Positions 7,978-18,513 of a stretch of 64,000 nt of DNA are shown here, one piece after another. The first letter of the stretch is position 1; the number at the start of each line of letters is the position of its first letter. The stretch lies in the NCBI GenBank assembly GCA_045600585.1, contig JAZRYE010000004.1, forward strand, positions 60,437 through 124,436, written 5' to 3'. Made by a program: the position numbers and the translations under genes. The notes below the pieces were generated by a model, which saw only the letters and a program-made list of their open reading frames with translations, searched no databases and was not told the DNA's origin. The DNA comes from Bacilli bacterium (lineage in GTDB: Bacteria; Bacillota_I; Bacilli_A; RFN20; CAG-826).

Positions 7978-10584
7978 CTATTTTACCAAATTTTTAACAA
8001 ATTGCACTGCTTCACCAACTTTATCGGCATTTCTACCAGCACCGCTTGCTAATTCAGGTCTTCCGCCTCCGGAACCACCTAATAATGTCGCGACATCTTT
8101 GACTACCTTACCAGCCATATATCCTTTTGCAATTGCATCTTTAGATGATGCGACAACGATTGGTAAGCCACCATTTTCTTCGCCGATTAAAACGATGAGA
8201 TAGTTTTCATGTATTGTTTTCAAATTATCTACTAATGATAATAAGTCGCTTCTCTTACTACCTTGCAAGTATTTTACTAAAGTAAATAAGCCGTTTTGTT
8301 CAGCAAATTCTGCTTTAATAGATTCACTATTTGCATGAGCTAATTTAGTTGATAATTGTTCGTTCTGTTTTTTGAGTGCATCCTTCTCATTATTTAAAGC
8401 ATTGATTCTTTGTGGAACTTCGCTATAAGAAGATGCGCCCAATTGGTCTCTTGCTCTAGCGAGTAACATTTCTCTCTTCTTTAGTAATTCATATGCACCA
8501 ACAGATGTTCTCGATTGAATTCTTCTAATACCTGCAGCGACTGATTCTTCGAATTCAATAACAAATACGCCAATATCAGATGTATTTGAAACATGAGTAC
8601 CACCACAGAATTCTTTAGAAACATCGCCGAAGCAAACAACTCTAACTGTGTCGCCATATTTATCATCAAATAAAGCTCTTGCACCTAATTGTTTTGCTTC
8701 TTCAATTGGTAAAACTTTTGTTTCTTCAACAATTGCTTCATCAATCCATGCATTAACTTTTCTTTCAACTTCGTTTAATTCTTCAGGAGTTATCTTTTGA
8801 TAATGATTGAAGTCAAAGTGAGCACATGTATCATCAACATAAGAGCCATGTTGAGCGATATGATCACCTAATACTTCTGTTAATGCTTTTTGTAATAAGT
8901 GAACTGAAGAGTGGTTTCTTGTAATTCTACTTCTTCTTGCTTGATCAATTTTAACTACAACTTCATCTCCAACCTTTAATTCTCCAAAGAGAATTTCGAC
9001 TGAATGTAAGTGTTGTTTATTTGGTGCTTTGATTACATTTGTAACTTTCATTGAGACTTCATCGTTTTCAATTACACCAGTATCGCAAACTTGACCACCA
9101 CTTTCAGCATAGAAAGTTGTCTTATCAAGCATGACTTCACCAGCGGAAGTTAATGATTCGACTTTGACACCATTCTCGAATAATGCAATGACTTTAGCTT
9201 TAATTGGAGCACTGCCATATGTAAATTCACTTGGTAATGTGCATTCCATTAAATCTTTTGATTGCTTATTCATTGATTGCAAATCGCCACGAGCGTTTCT
9301 TGCTCTTTCTTTTTGAGCTTTCATCAATTCATTGAATCCATCCATATCATAACTAACACCTGCTTCATCACAGATTTCAGTTGTTAATTCTTTTGGAAAT
9401 CCGAATGTATCATATAAAAGGAACATATCTTCTGCTGAAAGACTCTTTGTTGCTTCAATGATTGAGTGAAGCTTGTTTTCACCATTAGCTAAAGTCTTAA
9501 TAAATTTTTCTTCTTCAGTTTTAATAATCTTTTTAACAAATTCTTTCTTATCTAAAAGATAAGGATAGAAATCTTTCATTACTTCTGTAACAACGTCAAC
9601 AAGGTTATATAAGAATGGCTTATCAACACCTAATACACGTCCATAGCGTTCTGCTCTTCTTAATAATCTTCTTAAAACATATCCTCTTCCTTCGTTAGAG
9701 AACATTGCTCCATCAGCGGTTGCAAATGTAATCGCTCTGATATGATCTGCAATAACTCTAAATGCCATTGGATTGTCTAAGTACTTTTTACCAGTTAAAT
9801 TTTCGACATATTCAATCATTGGCCAGAATAAATCTGTTTCGAAGTTTGTGTCAGTTCCTTGCATAATGCAAGCGAGTCTTTCAAGACCACTACCAGTATC
9901 AATGTTTTTACTTGGTAATTCTTTATAATCTTTTCTATCAACACCAGAAACAGAATTGAATTGTGAGAAAACGATATTCCAAATTTCAATGTATCTATCG
10001 TTTTCCATATCTTCTTTTAATAATTTAATACCAATATGTTCAGGGTCATATTTTTCTCCACGATCAAAGAACATTTCTGTATCAGGTCCACAAGGTCCTT
10101 CACCAATTTCCCAGAAGTTGTTTGGTTGAGGAATTAAATGATCTTCACTTACTCCATTATCCATCCAACATTTCTTTGTATCTAAATCATCTGGATGATA
10201 TGTGATATATAATTTTTCCTTTGGAATACCAAACCATTGTTCAGAAAATAATAATTCAGTTGCCCATTGAATGACTTCCTTACGGAAATAGTCACCAATT
10301 GAGAAGTTACCCATCATTTCAAAGAATGTGTGGTGCCTTGCTGTCTTGCCAACATTTTCGATATCGTTTGTTCTAATAGATTTTTGTGCATTTGTAATTC
10401 TTCTTGATGGAGGAATTTCACTACCATCAAAATATTTTTTAAGTGCTGCAACACCGGCATTAATCCAAAGTAAAGTTGGATCATCCTTTGGGACAAGAGA
10501 ACTTCCTGGTTCTACATGGTGTCCTTTGCTTTTAAAGAAGTCTAACCACATTTGGCGGACTTCACTGGCTTTCATGTAACGCAT
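7978..10584 (-). CDS. alaS: Alanine--tRNA ligase
   Basis: 868 aa; class II aaRS catalytic core, HxxxH...CGGTH editing-domain zinc motif (HSSVHLL ... CGGTHV), C-terminal DHHA1-like GGGRPELASGAG. RBS aggagg 8 nt upstream. Confidence 0.95.
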   Translation of the reverse strand: MRYMKASEVRQMWLDFFKSKGHHVEPGSSLVPKDDPTLLWINAGVAALKKYFDGSEIPPSRRITNAQKSIRTNDIENVGKTARHHTFFEMMGNFSIGDYFRKEVIQWATELLFSEQWFGIPKEKLYITYHPDDLDTKKCWMDNGVSEDHLIPQPNNFWEIGEGPCGPDTEMFFDRGEKYDPEHIGIKLLKEDMENDRYIEIWNIVFSQFNSVSGVDRKDYKELPSKNIDTGSGLERLACIMQGTDTNFETDLFWPMIEYVENLTGKKYLDNPMAFRVIADHIRAITFATADGAMFSNEGRGYVLRRLLRRAERYGRVLGVDKPFLYNLVDVVTEVMKDFYPYLLDKKEFVKKIIKTEEEKFIKTLANGENKLHSIIEATKSLSAEDMFLLYDTFGFPKELTTEICDEAGVSYDMDGFNELMKAQKERARNARGDLQSMNKQSKDLMECTLPSEFTYGSAPIKAKVIALFENGVKVESLTSAGEVMLDKTTFYAESGGQVCDTGVIENDEVSMKVTNVIKAPNKQHLHSVEILFGELKVGDEVVVKIDQARRSRITRNHSSVHLLQKALTEVLGDHIAQHGSYVDDTCAHFDFNHYQKITPEELNEVERKVNAWIDEAIVEETKVLPIEEAKQLGARALFDDKYGDTVRVVCFGDVSKEFCGGTHVSNTSDIGVFVIEFEESVAAGIRRIQSRTSVGAYELLKKREMLLARARDQLGASSYSEVPQRINALNNEKDALKKQNEQLSTKLAHANSESIKAEFAEQNGLFTLVKYLQGSKRSDLLSLVDNLKTIHENYLIVLIGEENGGLPIVVASSKDAIAKGYMAGKVVKDVATLLGGSGGGRPELASGAGRNADKVGEAVQFVKNLVK

Positions 10585-10599
10585 ACATAACCTCCTAAA

Positions 10600-10843
10600 T
10601 AAATAAAAAAGTTCCTATTAATAGGAACGAATTAACCGCGGTACCATCCTGATTCACCGACTATTGTCGATGCTCTTACTTTCGTTATACGTCAACGTAA
10701 CGGTGATGATTAGTCACAACAAGGGAAGTGGCCTACTTATCTATCTTTATGCCCTTTTCACCACTAGACACTCGCTATTAAAGAATCAATAAACTTCTTT
10801 TCCGATTAGAATTATATAGGATAACTTTATTTTAATAAAGAGA
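10600..10843 (-). promoter_or_regulatory. T-box riboswitch leader of alaS (promoter + Stem I + T-box/antiterminator + terminator)
   Basis: On the minus strand the conserved T-box sequence AATCAGGATGGTACCGCGG (plus 10636-10654) lies immediately 5' of a terminator hairpin gttccta-ttaa-taggaac (10611-10628) followed by ttttttattt and the alaS RBS. A candidate sigma-A promoter, TTATTA-16-TATAAT, sits at 10811-10838. A candidate specifier is GCC followed by A (leader ...taGGCCAc..., plus 10730-10732). Confidence 0.75.
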
Positions 10844-10846
10844 AAT

Positions 10847-11980
10847 TTAAATATCTGTGCGTTTACCATTTAAATATGTTGATTCAATAAGGCCACCACC
10901 AAGACATTTATTTCCATCATATAAGACAGCAGCTTGACCAGGAGTAACTGCTTTATAAGGCTCATCAAATATTAATTCGATTCTATCTTCGCCCATGTAA
11001 TGAATGGTAACTCCTTTGTCTTCTTGTCTATATCTAAATTTAGCATTTATGTGTTTTCCATCTTCAGGTTTTTTAGCATTGAAATTTAAATTTGTGACAT
11101 AGCATTTATCACTGAATAAGTAATTATTTTCATCGCCAGACGCAACAAAAAGAATATTATTCTTTATATCTTTCTTTGCGACAAACCAACCTTTAGCAAT
11201 TTCGCCATGAATGCCACCGATACCAAGTCCTTTTCTTTGACCAATTGTGTAATACATAGCGCCTTGATGAGTTCCTAAAATCTTGCCAGTTTCAATATCA
11301 ACAATATTTCCTTTTTTAGCTGGTATATAATTCTTCAAAAATTCTCTAAAGTTTCTTTCACCAATAAAACATACACCAGTGCTATCTTTTTTATCCATAA
11401 CACTTTCTAGATCTAATTCGTGAGCTATTTTTCTAACTTCTGTTTTATCAATATCGCCTAATGGAAATAATGTATAAGAAAGTTGTCTTTGATCGATTTG
11501 TGATAAAAAATATGTTTGATCTTTGTTTTGGTCATAAGACTTACATAAATAAGCCACGCCATCTTCATCAATTCTTTTTGCATAATGACCCATTGCAATC
11601 ATATCAAAACCATTTTTTAATGCAAAATCTAAAAATGGTCCAAATTTAATATATTTGTTGCAGAAAATATCAGGATTTGGAGTGCGTCCGCATGAATACT
11701 CTCTTATTAAATAAGAAAAAACATCATCCCAATATTCTTTAACATAATCAACTCTTAATAATTTGATGCCTAATTTTTCAGCAACTTTCGTTGCATCATC
11801 ATAGTCCTTTTCTTGAGGACATTGATTGTTATTGATAGTTGGATTTCCTAAATAGTCATTGTTTGCTAATGCATCCCAGTTACGCATAAAACATGCAGTG
11901 ACATCATGTCCTTGCTTCTGAAGTAAATATGCTGCAACAGCGGAATCAACTCCACCTGATAAACCAATCAAGACTTTCAT
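10847..11980 (-). CDS. mnmA: tRNA-specific 2-thiouridylase MnmA
   Basis: PP-loop SGGVDS at the N-terminus (MKVLIGLSGGVDSAVAAYLL), 377 aa. Confidence 0.9.
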   Translation of the reverse strand: MKVLIGLSGGVDSAVAAYLLQKQGHDVTACFMRNWDALANNDYLGNPTINNNQCPQEKDYDDATKVAEKLGIKLLRVDYVKEYWDDVFSYLIREYSCGRTPNPDIFCNKYIKFGPFLDFALKNGFDMIAMGHYAKRIDEDGVAYLCKSYDQNKDQTYFLSQIDQRQLSYTLFPLGDIDKTEVRKIAHELDLESVMDKKDSTGVCFIGERNFREFLKNYIPAKKGNIVDIETGKILGTHQGAMYYTIGQRKGLGIGGIHGEIAKGWFVAKKDIKNNILFVASGDENNYLFSDKCYVTNLNFNAKKPEDGKHINAKFRYRQEDKGVTIHYMGEDRIELIFDEPYKAVTPGQAAVLYDGNKCLGGGLIESTYLNGKRTDI

Positions 11981-12432
11981 TTTAAAATATCCTTACTATC
12001 TAAAATTAATGTAAATGGACCATCGTTAATGGATTCAACCTTCATGTCAGCTCCGAAAATACCAGTTGATATTTGTTTGCCTGATTTCTCTTCTAATTGA
12101 TTATTAAAATAATCATATAATAGTTCTGCATCATGAGGTTTCATTGCATTTATAAATGATGGTCTTCTTCCATGAGATACATCTGCATATAAAGTAAATT
12201 GACTGACTGACATAATGTCTCCATTAATATCTTGTAAAGAAATGTTGATCATTCCATGGTCATCAGGAAATATTCTTAAACCAAGAATTTTATCTACCAT
12301 TTTGGATACAACTTCTTTATCATCACCATCAGTGAATCCAACCAACATACAAATTCCTCTTCCAATTGAAGAAATGATTTTTCCTTTAATGGATACACTA
12401 GCTTTATCTACAGTTGTAACAATTACTCTCAT
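11977..12432 (-). CDS. dtd: D-aminoacyl-tRNA deacylase
   Basis: 151 aa; SQFTLY motif and C-terminal NDGPFTL, as in Dtd. Confidence 0.85.
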   Translation of the reverse strand: MRVIVTTVDKASVSIKGKIISSIGRGICMLVGFTDGDDKEVVSKMVDKILGLRIFPDDHGMINISLQDINGDIMSVSQFTLYADVSHGRRPSFINAMKPHDAELLYDYFNNQLEEKSGKQISTGIFGADMKVESINDGPFTLILDSKDILK

Positions 12433-12489
12433 ATTGCAATTATTATAAAGAAAAAAATATTAAATTGATATATAATCAAATAGCAAATT

Positions 12490-13758
12490 ATGAATTTAAA
12501 ACCTTTAGCATTTAGAGTTAGACCAGAATCGTTAGATGAAGTCATTGGCCAAAAACATTTAGTTGGCGAAGACGGATTCTTACGTAAATCAATTGAATCA
12601 GAGACAATGTTCTCTATTATTTTTTATGGTAATCCTGGATGCGGCAAGACTACTATTGCAGAAGCATATGCAACATCGATGAAGGTTAAGTATGTTAAAC
12701 TAAATGCTGTTACTTCTAATAAAAATGATTTAGAAAATGCAATTAAGGAATGCTCAATGTTTGATAGAGCGTTTATCATCATGGATGAGGTTCATAGATT
12801 AAACAAAGATAAACAAGATATTCTTTTACCATATATAGAAAACGGTTCTGTATATTTGCTTGGTATGACAACTCAAAATCCTTATATGGCAATAAACAAA
12901 GCTATTAGATCTAGATGTCATTTATTAGAAGTTAAGCCATTATCAAATGAAGATATTGTTGATGGTCTTAAAAGAGCAATCAAGCATCCAAAAGGACTTA
13001 ATAATAAATTTTCTTTTGATGACGATGCACTTGAATATATTTCTAAACTAACTGCTGGAGATATGAGATATGCATTAAATTATTTAGAAGTTCTTTCAAT
13101 TAATGCAAAGAATGGAAATATATCTTTAGATACAGCTAAAAAAGTGATCAAAGTTCCAAATTGGCAAATAGATCAAAATGAAGGCGAACATTATGACTCA
13201 GTTTCTGCTTTACAAAAATCTATTAGAGGCAGCGATGTTGATGCTGCTTTATATTATTTAGCTAGACTTTGCATCGTTGGTGATTTAGATAGTATTAAAA
13301 GAAGATTATTAGTAATTGCTTATGAAGATGTTGGTTTAGGAAATCCACAAGCAGTAGATAGAACTTATCATGCATTAATGACGGCTGAAATGGTCGGATT
13401 CCCAGAAGCAATTATTCCTCTCGGCTTTGCTGTTTGCGATTTAGCATTATCTCCAAAAAGCAAAACAACATGCCTAGGAATTGAAAATGCTATGGCGTAT
13501 GCTGAAAAACATCCTTTGGATGTTATGGATTATCTTAAACTAACTCCAGTAAATGTCATGGAAGAAGACAAGTATCCATATGATAGACCTGATTTATGGG
13601 CAAAGATCCAATATCTTCCAGAAACAATTAAAAATATGCAGTTCTATGAGCCTAATCCTGATGCTAGTTCAAGCTATGAAAAAGCTATCAATGATAATTA
13701 CTTAAAATTAAAAAGAATTAAAAGATCATCAAATCTAAGAGAACTAAAAAAGAAATAA
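12490..13758 (+). CDS. rarA: Replication-associated recombination protein A (AAA+ ATPase RarA/MgsA)
   Basis: LRPESLDEVIGQKHL..., Walker A GNPGCGKTT, Walker B IMDEVHR; 422 aa. Confidence 0.85.
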   Translation: MNLKPLAFRVRPESLDEVIGQKHLVGEDGFLRKSIESETMFSIIFYGNPGCGKTTIAEAYATSMKVKYVKLNAVTSNKNDLENAIKECSMFDRAFIIMDEVHRLNKDKQDILLPYIENGSVYLLGMTTQNPYMAINKAIRSRCHLLEVKPLSNEDIVDGLKRAIKHPKGLNNKFSFDDDALEYISKLTAGDMRYALNYLEVLSINAKNGNISLDTAKKVIKVPNWQIDQNEGEHYDSVSALQKSIRGSDVDAALYYLARLCIVGDLDSIKRRLLVIAYEDVGLGNPQAVDRTYHALMTAEMVGFPEAIIPLGFAVCDLALSPKSKTTCLGIENAMAYAEKHPLDVMDYLKLTPVNVMEEDKYPYDRPDLWAKIQYLPETIKNMQFYEPNPDASSSYEKAINDNYLKLKRIKRSSNLRELKKK

Positions 13759-13806
13759 AAACATTATCGTTAATTGTCGATAATGTTTTCTTTTAATAAT
13801 AAATTA

Positions 13807-15117
13807 TTACTTTTCAATAATTTCACGGATTACCGGTGAAGAAATTACTTTTTCATCAGTGATGACGAATGTATTTTTAATATCATTTATGATTGGGGCT
13901 ACAACAGAATCTTCTTTATTTGTATAGCATGTTGCTAATAGATCGCCTTTTTTGACATAATCTCCAACTTTTTTATTTAGTAAAATACCGGCAGACATAT
14001 CAATAATATCTTCTAAGGTTTCTCTTCCTCCACCGAGCTTCATTGAGTTAACTCCGATAGATAAAGCATTTAAAGATTTAATATAGCCTTCTTTATCAGT
14101 TCTAATTTCATGAATGTTTTTACTTATTTCTAATAACTCTGGATGATGAATGTAGTTTAAGTCTCCGCCTTGGGCTTCTACCATTAAACAGAATTTTTCA
14201 AACGCTTTTCCATTGGCAATATTTTCTTCAAGCATCTTTCTTGCTTGATCTCTATCTTTTGCTACTTTTGCTTGAACTAGCATGATAGAACCGCAAGCAA
14301 AGCATAATTCCATTAAATCTTTTGGACCTTTTCCTTGTAATGCTGCAATTGCTTCTTTGACTTCTAATGAATTACCAATTGCGTTCCCTAATGGTTCGCT
14401 CATATCACTTAATACTGCGATTGTATTTCTTCCAAGCTCATTTCCAATTTCCACCATTGTGTGTGCTAGTTCACGAGCACTATTCATATTTTTCATGAAA
14501 GCACCTTCGCCAACAGTAACATCTAATAAGATTGCATCACTACCTGATGCTAGTTTTTTAGACATAACACTAGAAGCAATTAATGGAATTGATTCAACAG
14601 TGCCAGTTACGTCTCTTAGTGCATAAAGCTTTTTATCAGCAGGAACTAGTGATTTGGTCTGCCCAGCTACAGCAATACCAATTTTATTGACTTGATCGAT
14701 AAATCTTTGACCTTCAATTGATACTGTTAATCCTGGAATTGATTCTAATTTATCTAATGTTCCACCTGTATGGCCTAAGCCTCTACCTGATAATTTAGCC
14801 AATTTAGCTCCACAAGAAGCAACCATTGGTCCTAAAACTAAAGTAGTTTTATCACCAACACCACCAGTAGAATGTTTATCGACTTTTATTCCTTTAATAG
14901 CGGAAAGATCCATGACTTCACCACTATGTTCCATTACATCCGTTAATATAGATACTTCTTTTTTTGTCATCCCTTTAAATAGAATTGCCATATTCATAGC
15001 AGCGCTTTGATAATCTGGAACAATTCCAGAAACATAATTATCTATCCAGAATTTAATTTCTTCTTTTGATAATTCATTACCTTGTCTTTTTTTGATAATC
15101 AAATCTACCATTCGCAT
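13807..15117 (-). CDS. pdp: Pyrimidine-nucleoside (thymidine) phosphorylase
   Basis: MRMVDLIIKKRQGNELSKEEIKFWIDNY..., HSTGGVGDK phosphate-binding motif; 436 aa. Confidence 0.85.
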   Translation of the reverse strand: MRMVDLIIKKRQGNELSKEEIKFWIDNYVSGIVPDYQSAAMNMAILFKGMTKKEVSILTDVMEHSGEVMDLSAIKGIKVDKHSTGGVGDKTTLVLGPMVASCGAKLAKLSGRGLGHTGGTLDKLESIPGLTVSIEGQRFIDQVNKIGIAVAGQTKSLVPADKKLYALRDVTGTVESIPLIASSVMSKKLASGSDAILLDVTVGEGAFMKNMNSARELAHTMVEIGNELGRNTIAVLSDMSEPLGNAIGNSLEVKEAIAALQGKGPKDLMELCFACGSIMLVQAKVAKDRDQARKMLEENIANGKAFEKFCLMVEAQGGDLNYIHHPELLEISKNIHEIRTDKEGYIKSLNALSIGVNSMKLGGGRETLEDIIDMSAGILLNKKVGDYVKKGDLLATCYTNKEDSVVAPIINDIKNTFVITDEKVISSPVIREIIEK

Positions 15118-15196
15118 AAGAAATACCTCACTATGATTATATCATAAATTCATTTTACTATATGTTTTATTGACTAAATAGTCTAAACTATTAAAT

Positions 15197-16471
15197 ATGA
15201 ATTTCAAAGATAATTTATTAGAATATTTATCAGAAAACGAAACAGCGTCTTTACTAAATTCATTAAATGAAATTGATAAGCATGCAGTTTTATTAAATTT
15301 AGAAAAAATGAATGATGAAACGTTCCTAAATTTATATCCAAACTGCACTAAGCATCCAATTGTTCCACACGCGTATTTATATAATAAAGATGAATATGAA
15401 TTAGGTAAGTCCATCTATTATGATTTAGGTTGCTTTTATATACAAGAACCATCGGCAATGTTAGTTAGTTATTATTTAAATCCTGTTCCAGGCGATATTG
15501 TTTTAGATATGTGTGCTGCTCCAGGTGGCAAAAGTATGCAGGCCGCAATGCTTTTAAAAGATAAAGGTGTAATTATCTCTAATGATTTATCCTCATCAAG
15601 AATTGGGGCTGTTAGAGAAAATGCTGAAAGAATGGGACTTGGAAATTTACTTATAGTAAATAATGATTTTTCCAAAATATATAAAAATTATTTAAATTAT
15701 TTCGACAAAATTATATTAGATGCACCATGTTCTGGGTCTGGCATGTTTAGAAAAGATGATGAAGTTAAAAACGACTGGACTTATGAGAAGGTTTTAAAAT
15801 TCCAAGGAATTCAAAAAGAATTAATTGATATAGCTTATCAGATGCTCAAACCTGGTGGAACAATGATTTATTCAACTTGTTCTTTTTCAAAAGAAGAAGA
15901 TGAAGATGTTATTGAGTACTTATGTTCACTATATCAATGCGAAATTTTGCCATTAGAGGATAAGCTCTTTTATAACGGAAAATATGGTGTTCATTTATTC
16001 CCTTATTTATTTCCTGGTGAAGGACACTATATGTGCCCAATTAAAAAGCCGGGTATTCTTTCACAAGCTGAGACTATAAATAAAAAGAATTCTCAATTTG
16101 ACAAATTATTAAATTTAAATTCATTTTCACATACGAATGTTGTCAAGTTTGGCGATTATCTTTTTTCACTTCCATTTGAAGTAAAGACTAAGGGGTTAAA
16201 TATTGTTCGATACGGTTTAAAAATTGGTGAAATTTCAGGATCAATATTAAAATACGATTACCATTTCTCTCATTACATCAAGGAATTTTATAACGAATGC
16301 GAAATTAATGATGAACAAATAGTCAAATATTTCAACGGAGAATCGTTTGAAAAAGAGAGCCATCAAGGATTCGTTTTGGTTAAGTATCAAAACATTAATG
16401 TCGACATTGCAAAAAGCGTTTCAAACACTATTAAAAACAAATTGCCAAAAGGTTTAAGAAGACATTTTTGA
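15197..16471 (+). CDS. NOL1/NOP2/Sun-family rRNA cytosine-C5 methyltransferase (RsmF-like)
   Basis: SAM-binding DMCAAPGGKS, catalytic DAPCSG and STCS Cys motifs; 424 aa with an extra C-terminal domain. Confidence 0.7.
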   Translation: MNFKDNLLEYLSENETASLLNSLNEIDKHAVLLNLEKMNDETFLNLYPNCTKHPIVPHAYLYNKDEYELGKSIYYDLGCFYIQEPSAMLVSYYLNPVPGDIVLDMCAAPGGKSMQAAMLLKDKGVIISNDLSSSRIGAVRENAERMGLGNLLIVNNDFSKIYKNYLNYFDKIILDAPCSGSGMFRKDDEVKNDWTYEKVLKFQGIQKELIDIAYQMLKPGGTMIYSTCSFSKEEDEDVIEYLCSLYQCEILPLEDKLFYNGKYGVHLFPYLFPGEGHYMCPIKKPGILSQAETINKKNSQFDKLLNLNSFSHTNVVKFGDYLFSLPFEVKTKGLNIVRYGLKIGEISGSILKYDYHFSHYIKEFYNECEINDEQIVKYFNGESFEKESHQGFVLVKYQNINVDIAKSVSNTIKNKLPKGLRRHF

Positions 16472-16564
16472 TGTTTTGAAAATATTTTATACTTGTATTA
16501 CTTAATAAAAAGTAATAGTATTTTCTCAATTAATTTAATCTAATGAAAGGAGAAATTTACTATT

Positions 16565-18238
16565 ATGAAAAACAATTTAGTTAAATTATTAGCCGTTGGT
16601 GCATTAATTGCTTCATTGAGCGCATGTGGTGGTAAAAAAGGTCCTAGCGAAGAATCTAAGGAACAGCCTAAAGTTGTTACTATTGATGAATTTTATGAAG
16701 TTGACTTCGATGAAGAGACATTTGATGTTAGCGCACCACTTGATGGACAATTAGTTACACTTGAGGACCACATATTAGTCGGCTATCACGGAAGAACAGT
16801 TTATACTTCTTACACAGATGGCGATTATTTACAAAACTTACATGGTATTGAATTCCGTTTAGCAGAAGGTTTTGAATTTGATTGGGCTACTGCACAAAGA
16901 GACATCGTTGATGTTACAGGCCGTGTTTCATTCGAAGATGGTGTTTGCGTTTTAAATGATGCAACATATGTTGTTAAAACAGAAGGTGTTTATAACAAAA
17001 CAAAACAAGAATGGAATAACCCAGCTTATTATTGGCCTGCAAAATACATGACAAGACCTTATTGGGATCAATTTACAAGTGATTACAACTTGCACTCTGT
17101 TATCTCTGAAGGCAAATTCCAAGTAGCAACTGCTCCAACTTGGGCTGACGGACAAGATACAACATTTTATGTTGTTTTCCCTGGCGAAGACCCTGATGTT
17201 GAAAACTATGACAATTTATGTCCGATTAAAGTTACAGTTCCTGCTGATTTAGTTCCAGCAAAACGTACAGCTATCAAGAAAGTTTTGGACACAATTGACG
17301 TTGGTGAATACTTCTATTCTCTCTTTATCTTCAATGATTCTTTAGATGGCATGGGCATTATGCTTGAAAACGTATGGGGTGCTGGTTACATCGAAAAAAC
17401 AACTAAAGTTAACATTATTAAAACTTGGGAAGATGTAGCTAAGAAAGTTAAAGGCATGTACGCTGTTGATATTCCAGACTTCGGCATTGATGAATTCGCA
17501 TTATCTTATTCAGTTAATACTGATTTATGGGAGCAACCATTAACAAAAGTCTGGTCAGATCCAACTCAATTAGGATTTGGTGAAGATGAAATTGCTAACT
17601 GGGCATTCACAGATTATATTGTCAACTTTGCTGCTGCTAAGAAAGGTGATGCTATCGATGCATTCGAAGCAAAAATGACTTCAGCTGGATTCATTTCTGG
17701 AGGCATTCAAGATGATACTCAAGTTTGGGTCAAGGTTGAAGGCGAAGGTGAAGATGAAGTTGAAACAGCAGTTGTTTATGAATTCATGAACGCTACAAAC
17801 ATTGAATTCTACTATCTCGCTTTAAGAGGTGAAGGTCCTGAAAAACCAGCATATGATCAACTTTTAGCTAAATTCGGCGCTACATTATTAGATCTAATCG
17901 CTGAAGGAGAATTCACTCCAGAATCAGTTTTGAAAGATTATGTCAATTTCCATGAACAAATTGGTTATTACATCAATATTGGTTTTGGTACAGCGGTTTC
18001 TGTAAAAAGTTTACAGGATGGAGTATTAAATGTACTTAGCAAAACAGGATACCAAAACATTTCTGATGGATTCCAACCTTATCAAGAAGGAAACGGAGGA
18101 TATGCATGGTATGTAGATGAAGATGTTGAAGAAATTGTTGCCGAAACAACCATTTATGAAGTCGAGGTATTTACTAATTCTCAAGGTTCAACAGCATTAT
18201 TCATGGTTGCTTTCCCAGCTTCCGATATCATGAACTAA
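16565..18238 (+). CDS. Acidic lipoprotein of unknown function
   Basis: Signal peptide plus lipobox LIASLSAC-GG. The 557-aa mature part is D/E/Y/W-rich and contains no domain I can recognise. Strong RBS aaaggag upstream. Confidence 0.6.
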   Translation: MKNNLVKLLAVGALIASLSACGGKKGPSEESKEQPKVVTIDEFYEVDFDEETFDVSAPLDGQLVTLEDHILVGYHGRTVYTSYTDGDYLQNLHGIEFRLAEGFEFDWATAQRDIVDVTGRVSFEDGVCVLNDATYVVKTEGVYNKTKQEWNNPAYYWPAKYMTRPYWDQFTSDYNLHSVISEGKFQVATAPTWADGQDTTFYVVFPGEDPDVENYDNLCPIKVTVPADLVPAKRTAIKKVLDTIDVGEYFYSLFIFNDSLDGMGIMLENVWGAGYIEKTTKVNIIKTWEDVAKKVKGMYAVDIPDFGIDEFALSYSVNTDLWEQPLTKVWSDPTQLGFGEDEIANWAFTDYIVNFAAAKKGDAIDAFEAKMTSAGFISGGIQDDTQVWVKVEGEGEDEVETAVVYEFMNATNIEFYYLALRGEGPEKPAYDQLLAKFGATLLDLIAEGEFTPESVLKDYVNFHEQIGYYINIGFGTAVSVKSLQDGVLNVLSKTGYQNISDGFQPYQEGNGGYAWYVDEDVEEIVAETTIYEVEVFTNSQGSTALFMVAFPASDIMN

Positions 18239-18288
18239 ATTCATACATATTAACTATATAAGGGGCTGTTCAAAAACTCATGGTAAAT

Positions 18289-18310
18289 GAGGAATTGAAC
18301 TCCTCTTTTT
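18289..18310 (+). terminator. Putative intrinsic terminator after the lipoprotein gene
   Basis: gagga-attgaac-tcctc hairpin followed by ttttt; short stem, so a weak terminator. Confidence 0.4.
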
Positions 18311-18513
18311 ATTTGTCTTCACTTTTATTAATAACTTCTAAACTAATGAGCAATCATAAATTCTTCAAAAGCCTTCTTTTAGTATTTTTTTCATTTTTAT
18401 ATTAAATTTTCTCCCATTTTTGATAATCTTTTTGTATAAAAAAGGTAATTCTTGCTCGCCTATAGGTTTTCGAACAATTCTTTTATAAAAAATAAAAGTG
18501 GATTGCTCCGCTA

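Noticed and set aside
8481-10579. Several 60-85-aa ORFs (8481-8684, 9131-9316, 10314-10496, 10328-10579) overlapping alaS
   Set aside because: They are antisense or out-of-frame to a strongly conserved aaRS gene, carry no RBS, and their AT-rich codon composition is what chance ORFs look like. The same applies to the other overlapping track ORFs: 40-500, 3097-3336, 11461-11649, 12215-12448, 14282-14626, 15142-15414, 15472-15675, 16952-17155, 20150-20335, 22327-22779, 23458-24383, 26328-26540, 28405-28746, 29355-29711, 34160-35686, 37291-37692, 38632-38838, 42686-42916, 45414-45980, 48314-48571, 49189-49428, 50341-50625, 51560-51799, 54554-55102, 55787-56071, 60112-60537, 61134-61403.
18346-18405. 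19-codon hydrophobic mini-ORF (MSNHKFFKSLLLVFFSFLY) downstream of the lipoprotein terminator, a possible small toxin or leader peptide
   Set aside because: It has no RBS and no partner gene, and it lies in the AT-rich promoter region of plsC, so it is most likely a chance ORF.
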